From: Myxococcota bacterium
GTDB taxonomy: Bacteria > Myxococcota_A > Polyangia > Nannocystales > Nannocystaceae
Length of the DNA: 64,000 bases
Assembly (NCBI GenBank): GCA_039194325.1
Contig: JBCCWC010000004.1
Location: 170,172-234,171 of the forward strand
Direction: 5' to 3'
Below the pieces are notes generated by a model. That model saw only the letters and a program-made list of their open reading frames with translations, did not search any database and was not told the origin of the DNA. A program made the position numbers and the translations under genes. The stretch's first letter is position 1. The number at the start of each line of letters is the position of its first letter. Shown here piece by piece: positions 1-9,588 of this stretch.

Positions 1-1304
1 GAGAACGCCGCCGCCACCTGCAAGGGGCTGGCGGTCATGCCCTGACCAAACGAGATGTTGGCCCCCTGAATGTCGGACCACTTGTCCCAGTGGTGCAGCA
101 CGCCGCGGGTGGCCCCGGGTAGCTCGATGGACGGGCGCTTACCAAAGTGGAAGCGCCGAGCCCACTTGTACATGTTCTCCTTGCGGAGGGTTTCGTAGAT
201 CTTGGTGGTGCAGATGTTGGACGACTCGGCGAGGATCTCGGTCACGCTCAGCCACTCCGAGCGGTGCGTGTCCTTGATCGCGTGCTCGTCGGTGTACTGC
301 CAGCGACCGTTCTCGCAAAAGAAGCTCTGGTCCTTGCGGATCGTGCCCTGCTCGAGCGCGGCCGCCACCGTGATCGCCTTCATGGTCGAGCCGGGCTCGA
401 AGTCGGCCTGCACGGCCTGGTTGACGGTCTGCTCGAGCTTGTCGATCCGGTGGTTGGGGTCGAAGGTGGGCCGGCTGGTCATGGCCAAGACCTCGCCGCT
501 GCGCGGATCCATCACGACGATGCTGGCGCTCACCGGGGTCCAGTTGGCCACCAGGGTGTTGATCTCCTCCTCGGCCATGGCCTGGACCGCAGAGTCGAGC
601 GTGAGCACGACGGTGTTGCCCCGCGATACGCCCGGGTCGGGAAAGCCCTCGGTGAGCAGCTTCTTGCCCCGCGCAAAGTAGGCGGGGCTCATGGCGTCAC
701 GACCCCGTAAGTACTCGTCGAGCCCATACTCGATGCCCAGGTTGCCCTTGCCCTGGGCGTTGACCCGGCCCAGGATGTGCGAGGCGAGCAGCTTGCGAGG
801 GTAGACCCGGTGGGGCACGGGCTCGAGGCTGACCCCGGGCAGCGCCTTGGCCCGCAGAGCCCGAGACTGGTCCTCGTCGAGCACCATGCGCAAGCGTCGG
901 TAGGCCTTGTCACGCAACAGCTCGTCGCGCAGGTACTCGGGATCCGCACCGGGAAAAAGCTCCATCACGGCGGCGATCACCGCCTCGGTCTGCCCCTGGG
1001 CGGTGATAAGCCGGGGGTTGAGGACGATCTTGTGGACCCGGTCGGTCACCGCCAGCGAGATGTAGCTGCGGTCGACGATGTCGCCGCGGCTGGCCTTGAC
1101 CCGATAGCTACGCAATTGCTGGCGGTTGCCCTGCTCGGCATAGTGCTCGTGGTGACGCACGGCCACCACCCACGAGCGCCAGCCCAGGCCCAAAAGCGCC
1201 ATCATGAGCACACCCGCGACCAGCCAGCCGCGTCGATGTACGGCCCGCAAGTCGCTGGCCATGGGCCGCAGCACGATCTGCTGAGATCGACGCAAGAGGT
1301 TCAT
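1..1304 (-). CDS. ftsI: Cell division transpeptidase FtsI/PBP3 (3' part runs off the window)
   Basis: Manual translation from ATG 1304 (overlaps the ftsL stop as ATGA): N-terminal TM helix, RGDIVDR dimerisation motif, FEPGSTMK (SxxK) and SSN (SxN). Gene order rsmH-ftsL-ftsI. Confidence 0.92.
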   Translation of the reverse strand, partial: MNLLRRSQQIVLRPMASDLRAVHRRGWLVAGVLMMALLGLGWRSWVVAVRHHEHYAEQGNRQQLRSYRVKASRGDIVDRSYISLAVTDRVHKIVLNPRLITAQGQTEAVIAAVMELFPGADPEYLRDELLRDKAYRRLRMVLDEDQSRALRAKALPGVSLEPVPHRVYPRKLLASHILGRVNAQGKGNLGIEYGLDEYLRGRDAMSPAYFARGKKLLTEGFPDPGVSRGNTVVLTLDSAVQAMAEEEINTLVANWTPVSASIVVMDPRSGEVLAMTSRPTFDPNHRIDKLEQTVNQAVQADFEPGSTMKAITVAAALEQGTIRKDQSFFCENGRWQYTDEHAIKDTHRSEWLSVTEILAESSNICTTKIYETLRKENMYKWARRFHFGKRPSIELPGATRGVLHHWDKWSDIQGANISFGQGMTASPLQVAAAF

Positions 1305-1732
1305 GGGGTCGGCTCCTGACGCGCAAGGCGAATGGTCTGCACCAGGTCGGGAGACATGGGGATCATCTGCAGACGGTTGCGGGCGACCTCGTCGATCGTG
1401 GCCGGATGCCGCAGGTAGGCACGCTCGGCGGCCAAGCGCCGGCGCTCGTCGAGCAAGCGGGCCTGCTCGGCGGTCAGATCGGTGATCTCGGCCCCGATCT
1501 CCAGCACCCGCGTGGTGGCGTGCACCCGAGCAATTCCGATCGCGGTCAACGCACCGACGATCAGGGTGAGCAAGAAGGAGGTTCCCGCCGGCGCGCTGCG
1601 ATGGCGACGAACGAGCGAGGCCACCCGGGCCGAGGGCGGCAGATCGCTGCTTCGCTGCCAGCCGTGGGGACGTATCTCCACTTTCTGTCGACGACGACGC
1701 ACGGGTGCACGGGGCGATTCGGAGGAACTCAT
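1301..1732 (-). CDS. ftsL: Cell division protein FtsL
   Basis: 143 aa, single TM followed by a coiled coil, IDEVARNRLQM ending; sits between rsmH and ftsI with overlapping start/stop codons. Confidence 0.8.
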   Translation of the reverse strand: MSSSESPRAPVRRRRQKVEIRPHGWQRSSDLPPSARVASLVRRHRSAPAGTSFLLTLIVGALTAIGIARVHATTRVLEIGAEITDLTAEQARLLDERRRLAAERAYLRHPATIDEVARNRLQMIPMSPDLVQTIRLARQEPTP

Positions 1733-2751
1733 GGGGCGCAGCGCTCCAAGACGCGAAGGCGGGCGCTCCGGGCCCGCGGGTTGTGCTCGGTCTCCTCGAC
1801 GCCGGCCGTCACCCCACCCGCGTAGCCCGGAGCCACGATAAAGCGCGGGCGCGGCAGGTCACGCTCACGCAAGGGCAAGTGCGCAGGGGGCTGCACAGGA
1901 CGACTGAGCGCCCGCCACCGCCGCTTGACCCGACGATCCTCGAGAGAGTGAAACGTGATCACGGCCAGCCGCCCCCCCACCATCAACAGCGAGGGCGCGT
2001 CGGCCAAGAAGCGGTCGAGCTGCCCGAGCTCGTCGTTGACCTCGATCCGCAAGGCCATGAAGGTGCGCGTGGCGGGATGGATCCTCCCGGTCCGCTTGCG
2101 ACGCGCTCGGCCGTCGAGGGCAGTGGTCACCACCTGGGCCAACCCCCGGGTCGTGGTCGGTCGAGCCTCCACCACCGCGGCGGCGATCCGGCGAGCCTCG
2201 GGCTCCTCACCGTATTCGCGCAAGATCCGCGTCAGCCGCGGGACGTCGATCCGCGCGAGCAACTCGGCCGCGCTAGGGCCGGCGGTCGGATCCATGCGCA
2301 TGTCCAGGGGCCCATCCCCACGAAACGAAAAGCCACGCTCGGGCTGGTCGAGCTGGATCGACGAGACCCCGAGGTCGGCCACGATCGCGGCCACCTCTCG
2401 TATGCCCAACGCCGCCAGCGACGCCGCGATCGTGGCGAAGCCGGCGTGGACGAAGCTCACCGGGCACGGCGCTCCAGCCAGGCGCTCGCGAGCCCGGGCG
2501 AGCGCCTCGGGATCACGATCGAAGAGTATGGCCCGATCCGGACGAGTCACCCGCAGCACAGCGGCCGTATGTCCACCGAGGCCGGCGGTCGCGTCCACCA
2601 ATACCCGCGGCCGCACCGCTCCCCCTGCGCCGGTGATCGCCGTGGGAACTTCGACGGACGCTGCGCCAGGGGTAGGGGGGAGCGCCGGAACCAACGCGGC
2701 GCAAACCTCCTGCGCCAGCACGGAAATGTGAGCTGCGCCGGACTCGCTCAT
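1729..2751 (-). CDS. rsmH: 16S rRNA m4C1402 methyltransferase RsmH (MraW)
   Basis: HISVL, DATAGLGGH, DLGVSS, PLDMRMD, HPATRTFMALRIEVN, FHSLEDR and NPRARSARLR motifs. Start taken at ATG 2751. Confidence 0.97.
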   Translation of the reverse strand: MSESGAAHISVLAQEVCAALVPALPPTPGAASVEVPTAITGAGGAVRPRVLVDATAGLGGHTAAVLRVTRPDRAILFDRDPEALARARERLAGAPCPVSFVHAGFATIAASLAALGIREVAAIVADLGVSSIQLDQPERGFSFRGDGPLDMRMDPTAGPSAAELLARIDVPRLTRILREYGEEPEARRIAAAVVEARPTTTRGLAQVVTTALDGRARRKRTGRIHPATRTFMALRIEVNDELGQLDRFLADAPSLLMVGGRLAVITFHSLEDRRVKRRWRALSRPVQPPAHLPLRERDLPRPRFIVAPGYAGGVTAGVEETEHNPRARSARLRVLERCAP

Positions 2752-2999
2752 GGAAAAGCCCCGTGGACGTGCCCATTTTTCGGCGCGCGGGTCAAATTTT
2801 CGGGGTCGGGGGCTCGTCAAATTTTCGCTTGGATCCCGTAGGTTTAGGCGATCGAGTGTTGACCGGGCGCGGGCGAATCAGTAGCGTGCGCTTCCTGAAT
2901 CGACCGGCGCGTCGGCAGCCAGCAGTCGTCCTCACCCCCGACACTCCCGCCCTCGCCGTCGAATCGCCAACCCCCGAAGAGCCGGAGCGCCCGATCGAG

Positions 3000-3770
3000 A
3001 TGATTCCGCCCCGTAGCAGGAACTATCGCCAGCTCCATGAGGCGTCGGAGTTGCTCTGGGAGAAGCTCGGCATGCTCTCCCCGAAGCAGCGCGACAGCTT
3101 CGACGAGCGGTTCCTCATGTCGTGGATCTACCACGACTTCGCGCTGGAGGGCACCGTCCTCCACATCACCGAGATCAAGGCCGCGACCGATGACGAGATC
3201 ATCAGCGCGCCGAGCCTCATCCCCGCGTACAACCACATCATGGCGGTCCGCGACGGGATCCGCCACGTGCTGGACTCGCGAGGCAAACGGCTCACCCTCA
3301 ACCTCGACTGGCTCAAGAAGCTGCACCAGCTGCTGCTGCCCGCCGACAAGAAAGACCAGATCCAGTACCGCAAGGACAACCCGATCCACCGCATGTACTT
3401 CCACGACCTGGCACCGGCGGACAAGATCAGCTACCGCATGCGCAAGCTGACCGACTGGTTCCGGACCGACGAGTGCAAGCGGGCCCACCCGATCGAGCTG
3501 GCCGTCGAGGTCCATCGCGAGGTGATCCGGATCTTCCCGTGGCCGGAGATCAGCGGGCGCGTAGCCCGCTTGGCCATGAATCACATCCTCTGCAACGAGG
3601 GATACTGGCCCGCGACCATTCATGCCATCGATCGGCAGCGCTACTACGACGTATTGCGCCTGGACCAAGATCAGCTACTTAACCTCGTTGTGGAGAGCGT
3701 TAGCCAAGGCGTCCAGTCCTCGAACAAGCTCTACCAGGACATTGTCGACGCCACCCGAGCCTCTCGCTAA
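3000..3770 (+). CDS. Fic-domain protein with a degenerate catalytic loop
   Basis: WIYHDFALEGT (xxxEG motif), HPIELA..H, and IFPWPEISGRVARL aligning to the Fic loop HPFxDGNGRxxR. Start taken at ATG 3000. Confidence 0.75.
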   Translation: MIPPRSRNYRQLHEASELLWEKLGMLSPKQRDSFDERFLMSWIYHDFALEGTVLHITEIKAATDDEIISAPSLIPAYNHIMAVRDGIRHVLDSRGKRLTLNLDWLKKLHQLLLPADKKDQIQYRKDNPIHRMYFHDLAPADKISYRMRKLTDWFRTDECKRAHPIELAVEVHREVIRIFPWPEISGRVARLAMNHILCNEGYWPATIHAIDRQRYYDVLRLDQDQLLNLVVESVSQGVQSSNKLYQDIVDATRASR

Positions 3771-3776
3771 TCGACC

Positions 3777-4427
3777 ATGCGCATCCCGCCTTTCAACGCC
3801 GCCTTGAAGCTCGTGGACCAACGGCGACCCACGGTCTCGGTGATCGCTCGGGCCAAGCTCCCCACCAAGCACGGTGACTTCGAGATCGTTGCATTCGAAA
3901 CCGAAGACGGCCGCCGCCTCGACGATGTCGCCATCGTCCAGGGAACGATCGAGGGCGTCAACGAAGTCCCGGTGCGCATGCACTCCGAGTGCCTCACCGG
4001 CGACGTGCTGGGCTCCAACCGCTGCGACTGTGGCGAGCAACTTCAAGAGGCGCTCCACCGGTTTGCAAACAGCGAGTGCGGCGTGCTGCTCTACCTGCGA
4101 CAAGAAGGCCGCGGGATCGGTATCGCCAACAAGGTGCGGGCCTACGCGCTCCAAGACGAGGGCCTCGACACGGTCGACGCCAACCGGCACCTGGGCTTCG
4201 ACGACGACCTACGCCGCTACGACATGGCCGCCGCTATGCTCGAAGCGCTGGGCATGGCGTCGATCGAGCTCCACACCAACAACCCCAAGAAGGTCGAAGG
4301 CCTGCGCGAAGCCGGCATCGAGGTGGCTCGCCGCGTCGCCCTGCAGATTGCCCCGCGCGAGGAAAACCGCCGATACCTCGACACGAAGCGCCGGCGGTCG
4401 GGCCACCTGCTCGACCTCGACGACTAG
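3777..4427 (+). CDS. ribA: GTP cyclohydrolase II
   Basis: VRMHSECLTGD, RCDCGEQL, QEGRGIG, TNNPKK and YLDTK...GH motifs. Confidence 0.96.
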   Translation: MRIPPFNAALKLVDQRRPTVSVIARAKLPTKHGDFEIVAFETEDGRRLDDVAIVQGTIEGVNEVPVRMHSECLTGDVLGSNRCDCGEQLQEALHRFANSECGVLLYLRQEGRGIGIANKVRAYALQDEGLDTVDANRHLGFDDDLRRYDMAAAMLEALGMASIELHTNNPKKVEGLREAGIEVARRVALQIAPREENRRYLDTKRRRSGHLLDLDD

Positions 4428-4578
4428 CGGGGTCTGCCGCCGCGGGGCTCCTCGCTAGCGACGTCTGCCGCCGCGGGGCTCTTCGCGAGCAGCGTCTGCC
4501 GTCGCGGGGCTCTTCGCGAGCAGCGTCTGCCGCCGCGGCACTCTTCGCTAGCGGCGCCCGCCGCCGCGGCGCTCTTCG
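4424..4578. repeat. Five tandem 31-bp units between the convergent ribA and RRM genes
   Basis: Units start at 4424, 4455, 4486, 4517 and 4548; consensus close to ctagcggcgtctgccgccgcggggctcttcg. No spacers. Confidence 0.9.
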
Positions 4579-5036
4579 GCTTGGCGTACGACCAAGGTGC
4601 GCCCCTCGAGCTGGGTACCGTTGAGCTTGCGGATCGCCTCGGCTGCGTCCTTGCGGTCGGACATGGTCACGAAGCCGAACCCACGCGAGTCACCCGTGTC
4701 CCGGTCGAGCACCACGATGGCATCGGAGACCTTCCCGAGCTTTTCGAATTCGGCACGAAGCTGAGTATCGGTGACGCGCCAGTCCAGACCCCCCACGAAC
4801 AGACGACTGGGGATCGCACGGGTCTCCTTCTCTTCGTCGCTCCCGCCGCCCTGCATGTTGCGCATCACCTCTTCGATCGACATGAGGTTGCCGCCCTGAA
4901 GCTCGTCGACCGTGGCGGTGGGCACGTCGCCAGCCCCGGACCGATTTTCGGCGCGCCGCTGAGCCTTTTCCTTCTTCTTGCGCTCGCGCTCTCGCTCGCG
5001 CTGCCGCTTACCTGCCGAGTAGTTGTTTCTTGCCAT
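4548..5036 (-). CDS. RNA-binding protein (RRM) with a basic N-terminal extension
   Basis: RNP2 LFVGGL and RNP1 RGFGFVTM. Start taken at ATG 5036 (MARNNY). Confidence 0.9.
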   Translation of the reverse strand: MARNNYSAGKRQRERERERKKKEKAQRRAENRSGAGDVPTATVDELQGGNLMSIEEVMRNMQGGGSDEEKETRAIPSRLFVGGLDWRVTDTQLRAEFEKLGKVSDAIVVLDRDTGDSRGFGFVTMSDRKDAAEAIRKLNGTQLEGRTLVVRQAEERRGGGRR

Positions 5037-5262
5037 GCAGTTCCTTGGTCTCGTGGTCTGGGGATCACCGGGCCAGACCACCCGGGAGCATCAGCTGAGC
5101 TCGCGAATTCGCGGGAGGGAACGCGGCAGCGACCGCCACCGCGACGTCGACGTCCAAAACCAAGCCCGGCCCGAACACGACGTGCTCGGGGACGTAAAAC
5201 CCGGGGGCGAATGAGCGCCCACCGGGCGGGCTTCGTGCGTACAAATGAGCAATTCGGGCCGA

Positions 5263-5697
5263 TTACCAGTTGTTGCGACGACCACCGCCGCCACCACCAC
5301 GACGACCACCGCGACCGCCTCGATCGTCGAAGCCGCCGCCGAAGCCACCGCCGCCGCGACGGCCACCGCCACCACCACCGAAGCCGCCGCCACCGCCACC
5401 GAAGCCGCCACCTCGACCACCGCCGCCGCCGCCGCCACCGCCACGCGGGCGACGCTCCTCGGCCTCGTTGACTCGGAGCGGACGCCCGTCGAGCTCGAAG
5501 CCGTTCATCGCCTCGATGGCGGACCGAGCCGCGTCGTCCGTACCCATGGTCAGGAAGCCAAAGCCCCGGGATCGACCGGTCTCCCGATCCGTAATGATCT
5601 TGGCGTCGACCACCTCACCGTGCTCCGAGAAGGCACTTCGAAGGTCTTCCTCCGAGGTCTGGAAGGAGAGGTTGCCAACGAACAATCTTTGATTCAT
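5263..5697 (-). CDS. Glycine-rich RNA-binding protein (RRM)
   Basis: RNP2 LFVGNL, RNP1 RGFGFLTM and a long RGG/G-rich tail. Confidence 0.93.
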   Translation of the reverse strand: MNQRLFVGNLSFQTSEEDLRSAFSEHGEVVDAKIITDRETGRSRGFGFLTMGTDDAARSAIEAMNGFELDGRPLRVNEAEERRPRGGGGGGGGGRGGGFGGGGGGFGGGGGGRRGGGGFGGGFDDRGGRGGRRGGGGGGRRNNW

Positions 5698-6108
5698 CTG
5701 TCTCGTCTCGCGATCGGCCCCACCACGCCCGTGAGCGTGACTCTGTCTCGTTGCCCGAAGCGAGGGGGCCGTGAGCCTCGCCGCAGTGCCTTGCAGCAGC
5801 GTTGCTGCCTCGTGAGCGTCGCTGGGTCTTCGGGGGCTCGGTCTTTGGGTCCAGGGCCTGCTGTCTGCGCCAGGAACGGTCGCGAGACTGGCTAGCTAGC
5901 GGAAGCAACGACCCCTGTCAAACGCGGCCCGCGCTCTGGCAGGGGCGCGGGACGCGGTTTGGGCGAGTTGAACCCCCGTCGCGCGAATTCCCCGCAGCGC
6001 CGAAAATTCGTTGCGCCGCCAAATGAGGCCCGGCCATCCCGATCATCGAGCAAGCTCGGCAGGGACCGACCGTCCGGCTCGAACCCGACGGCGCGGTCAC
6101 CGAGAGGG

Positions 6109-6164
6109 CTCACGCTCACGCTCACGCTCACGCTCACGCCCACGCTCACGCCCACGCTCACGCT
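6109..6164. repeat. Hexamer tandem repeat (cacgct)n at the purE 3' end
   Basis: About 9 copies of GCGTGA/GCGTGG on the minus strand, starting at the purE last codon and stop. Confidence 0.85.
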
Positions 6165-6685
6165 GGATCGGCATGATCGGATCTCACACGAGCATCGATC
6201 GCAGCCACCCGCTCCACCTGACGGCGCTGGTAGTCGAGCACCGCCCGCCGCCACCGTGGATCGGATCCCCCCAAGATCCGCAGCGCGAGGTGGCCGGCAT
6301 TGGCCGCCTGCCCCACGGCGACGGTGGCGACCGGCGTGCCCTTGGGCATCTGCACGATCGACAACAGCGAGTCGAGGCCATCGAGCACGCGCAGGGGCAC
6401 GGGCACGCCCACCACCGGCAAGGGCGTGAGCGAGGCGAGCATCCCGGGCAGATGCGCGGCTCCGCCCGCCCCCGCGATGATGACCTCGAGGCCACGCTCG
6501 TGGGCGACCCGCCCGTACTCGAACATGGCCTCCGGGGTGCGGTGGGCGGACAGGATCCGGACCTCGCACGGTACCCCGTGCTCGCGCAGCACCTCGATCG
6601 CAGCCTCCATGACCGGCAGATCGGAGTCGCTGCCCATGCAGATCCCCACCAGGGGCGCCACCTTCGGGGCATCCTCGCTCGTCAT
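6158..6685 (-). CDS. purE: N5-CAIR mutase PurE
   Basis: [24 protein letters not shown] and [18 protein letters not shown] motifs. Start taken at ATG 6685. Confidence 0.97.
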   Translation of the reverse strand: MTSEDAPKVAPLVGICMGSDSDLPVMEAAIEVLREHGVPCEVRILSAHRTPEAMFEYGRVAHERGLEVIIAGAGGAAHLPGMLASLTPLPVVGVPVPLRVLDGLDSLLSIVQMPKGTPVATVAVGQAANAGHLALRILGGSDPRWRRAVLDYQRRQVERVAAIDARVRSDHADPA

Positions 6686-6698
6686 GACCGCAGGACTC

Positions 6699-7880
6699 TC
6701 AAAGTTCGAGCTGGTCGGCAACCCGGTGGGCTCGCGCCCGAGCATCGTCCAGCGTCTCGCCCAGCGCGGTCACGTGGCCCATCTTACGCCCCGGCCGAAC
6801 CCGGCGCTTGCCGTAGACGTGCACGGCGACGTCCCGGCCGGCCAAGGCCGCAGGCAGCGCAGCAGCCGAGGCCGCGCCGTAGCGAAGACCGAGGACGTTG
6901 ACCATCACCGCGGCGGGCCGCACCAGCGACGCGTCGCCGAGCGGCCAGTCGAGCACGGCCCGCAGGTGGTTCTCGAACTGCGAGGTCACGCAGGCTTCGA
7001 TCGTGTAGTGCCCGGTGTTGTGCGGCCGCGGAGCGATCTCGTTGAGCAACAAGCGACCGTCGGGGCACTCGAACATCTCGACCCCCACCACCCCCACACA
7101 GCCGTAGACCTCGGCCGCCCGCCGAGCGAGCTCGGTGGCCGCCTGGGCGACCGCCGGGGTCACGGCCGCGGGGACCTCGACGGCGGCACAGCGATGCTCG
7201 CGCTGGATCGTGGTGACCACCGGGTAGGCGACATCTTCGCCGCCAGGGCGGCGAGCCACCATCACGGCGAGCTCGCGCACGAAATCCACGTAGGCCTCGA
7301 CGAGCACCCGCCCGGTGCTCCCCCGCAGTCGCTCGTAGGCGACCCGCAGCTCGTCTTCGTCACGGGCAGTGGCGTTGCCGTAGCCATCGTAGGAGTGGCG
7401 AGGACGCTTGAGGACCACGGGGTACCCCAGGGCTTGCACCGCCTCGAGCAGCTCGTGCTCGTTCGTACACGCGCGGTAGGCCCCCACGGGCAGGTCGTGA
7501 TCGACCGCATGCTGTTTTTGGACGATCTTGTCGCGTACCCGCTCCATCGTGGGCGGCGCGGGCCACAGGGGGACGTCCGCCGGCAGCAGCTCGACCAGCG
7601 TATCGAGCGGGACCCACTCGTTCTCCAGGGTGATCACGGTGCAGCCAGCCACGAAGCGCCGCAGGGCGTCGACGTCGTCCATGGCCCCGGTCATCGCCTC
7701 GGCCACGCCGTCGGTGGGCCCGCTGCCGCTCTGTGGTTGCCGGTAGAAGCGCACGTGCAGCCCCAGGCGCAGCGCGGCCAGGCCCAGCATGCGCCCCAGC
7801 TGCCCGCCGCCCAGCACCCCGACTACGGGAAAACCCGGCCTCGGGGTCGGGACTTTCCGGTGGGATGCCGACTCGCTCAT
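6699..7880 (-). CDS. purK: N5-CAIR synthetase PurK
   Basis: [34 protein letters not shown] and RPGRKMGH motifs; adjacent to purE. Start taken at ATG 7880. Confidence 0.96.
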   Translation of the reverse strand: MSESASHRKVPTPRPGFPVVGVLGGGQLGRMLGLAALRLGLHVRFYRQPQSGSGPTDGVAEAMTGAMDDVDALRRFVAGCTVITLENEWVPLDTLVELLPADVPLWPAPPTMERVRDKIVQKQHAVDHDLPVGAYRACTNEHELLEAVQALGYPVVLKRPRHSYDGYGNATARDEDELRVAYERLRGSTGRVLVEAYVDFVRELAVMVARRPGGEDVAYPVVTTIQREHRCAAVEVPAAVTPAVAQAATELARRAAEVYGCVGVVGVEMFECPDGRLLLNEIAPRPHNTGHYTIEACVTSQFENHLRAVLDWPLGDASLVRPAAVMVNVLGLRYGAASAAALPAALAGRDVAVHVYGKRRVRPGRKMGHVTALGETLDDARARAHRVADQLEL

Positions 7881-7989
7881 GACTCGTCGACTTAGAGCGT
7901 CGACGGTACGATCGTCAAGCTCCGCCTTCGCCGCGAGGCACTCGCCCGAGGGCGCGACGCAGTCGCGCTTTGTCCCGCCAGCCTTGGGC

Positions 7990-9588
7990 CTAATAGTAGC
8001 CCTCTGCGTCGCGGGCCACCCAGCGCTGGCGAGCGCTGCGGGGAGGCAGCGCCCGACCGTCGAGCACGGCGAGCCAGGCGGGGTAGACCCAGGCGGGATC
8101 TCGAGCCACCGCCTGCACACAGGCCCGCACGGTGGGGCTGTTACGCGGAAGCAACAGCTGGGGGGGAGTTTCGGCGGTACGCTGCGGCGCCCCCCGGCCC
8201 TCACAAAGGTGCACCTCGGACACCACCCGATAGCCCCCCAAGGCGTGGGTGCGCAGCATGTGCAAGAAGTGACGCTCTTCGGTCCCGAGCCGGTCCTCGG
8301 GCAGGGGCGCCCGACGCAAGGGGTGGCGCAGTAGATCGATCGCTCGGGCCCCGCGGCGCAGCATGCCGTAGACCACCCGCCGCCAGGCCGCGAGCAGGCC
8401 GTGGGATCCGTCTCGTAGCTCGGGGGGCCGAAAACGCAGGTTGTAGATCTCCGAGAGCAGCGAGCGCTCGGTCGGGTCGGCGATCAGCACCAGGCCATCG
8501 CCCAAGGCGTACCGATCGGGACGCTGCCCGGGGTAGAGCGCCAGCAGCACCCGCTCGGGCGTTCCTTGCAGCACGCTCTTGCGCAGGGTCATCATGTCGA
8601 CGTTGCGCTCGCCGGTGCCGTCGACCACCCGAAACACGGGGACCTTGGACATGGTGGGCATCAGCGAGCGACGGCGCATGGCCTGGAGCACCAGCCGAGC
8701 GAGGCGCTGACGGGAGGGCTCGGGGTAGGCGCTCACGTCGCGCGCCACGTGAAGCAGCGAGCCGACGGCCTGCTCGACCAGCGCTTCGACGTGGGGCTGC
8801 ACGGCCTCGCGGAGGCGGGCCGCGCTCAGCTCGGTGTTGACCGGATCGCCCAGCTCGACGGCGGCCTCGAAGCAAGGGGCGTCGGGGACCGCCACGTGGC
8901 CGGTGACCAGCCCGTGCTCGAGCAGCCAGGCATGCGCGGTCTCCCCCTCGAAGGGGATCGCGACCCGTCCGCGCAGCGGCTCGCGCAGCGGCTGGGGCCC
9001 AAAGGTGTTCACGAAGCCCACGTTGACCGCCTTGCCGTCGACCACCACGGGCGCGGGGGCAAAGCGCGCGGCCCCGCTGAGCCACTCGACCACCTTGCGG
9101 CGCTCGAGCTCGGAGTGCTGCACCACCACCACGGTCGAGTCGCTCTCGGGGGTGGCGTCGATGGTGATCCACGGGGTGCGCCCGCTCTGGTAGGCCAGGC
9201 ACACCACCCGTCCACCGCGGGCGGAGCGGATCTGGAGGGTGCGAGGCTGGAAGCCGGCCAGCATCAGCAACGCGAGCTCGCCGGTGGCCTCGAGCGCGGT
9301 CAGGGCCGCGTGTCGCTCTTCGTTGGTCCGGCGCTCGTCCAGCAATACGCCCGTCCACTCGAGGTGGGTCTCGGGCACGCCACGTCCGTTGTCGCGAACC
9401 TCGGCCCGGTGCCGCCCCAGATCCACCTCGACCCGGGTCGCCCCGTCGCGCAGGGCTCGACGAACCAGCTCGGAGGGCAGCTGCCACGGCCCCTCCAGCT
9501 GAGCCAACGACAGCTTGCGCAGCTCGGAGGCCACGTCGATGGTCAGCAAGCCGCTGACGTCGATGAGCGAGGAGATCTCCGAGTTCAC
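7990..9588 (-). CDS. Hypothetical protein with a degenerate GHKL/Hsp90-like N-terminal domain
   Basis: LPSELVRRALRDGATRVEV and DNGRG resemble the N and G1 boxes, but the N-box Asn and the GxFGxG loop are missing. Start overlaps the upstream gene's stop (GTGA). Confidence 0.6.
   Translation of the reverse strand: MNSEISSLIDVSGLLTIDVASELRKLSLAQLEGPWQLPSELVRRALRDGATRVEVDLGRHRAEVRDNGRGVPETHLEWTGVLLDERRTNEERHAALTALEATGELALLMLAGFQPRTLQIRSARGGRVVCLAYQSGRTPWITIDATPESDSTVVVVQHSELERRKVVEWLSGAARFAPAPVVVDGKAVNVGFVNTFGPQPLREPLRGRVAIPFEGETAHAWLLEHGLVTGHVAVPDAPCFEAAVELGDPVNTELSAARLREAVQPHVEALVEQAVGSLLHVARDVSAYPEPSRQRLARLVLQAMRRRSLMPTMSKVPVFRVVDGTGERNVDMMTLRKSVLQGTPERVLLALYPGQRPDRYALGDGLVLIADPTERSLLSEIYNLRFRPPELRDGSHGLLAAWRRVVYGMLRRGARAIDLLRHPLRRAPLPEDRLGTEERHFLHMLRTHALGGYRVVSEVHLCEGRGAPQRTAETPPQLLLPRNSPTVRACVQAVARDPAWVYPAWLAVLDGRALPPRSARQRWVARDAEGYY

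Noticed and set aside
4424..4578. Possible CRISPR array
   Set aside because: Units are contiguous with no unique spacers, derive from a gene end, and no cas genes are present.
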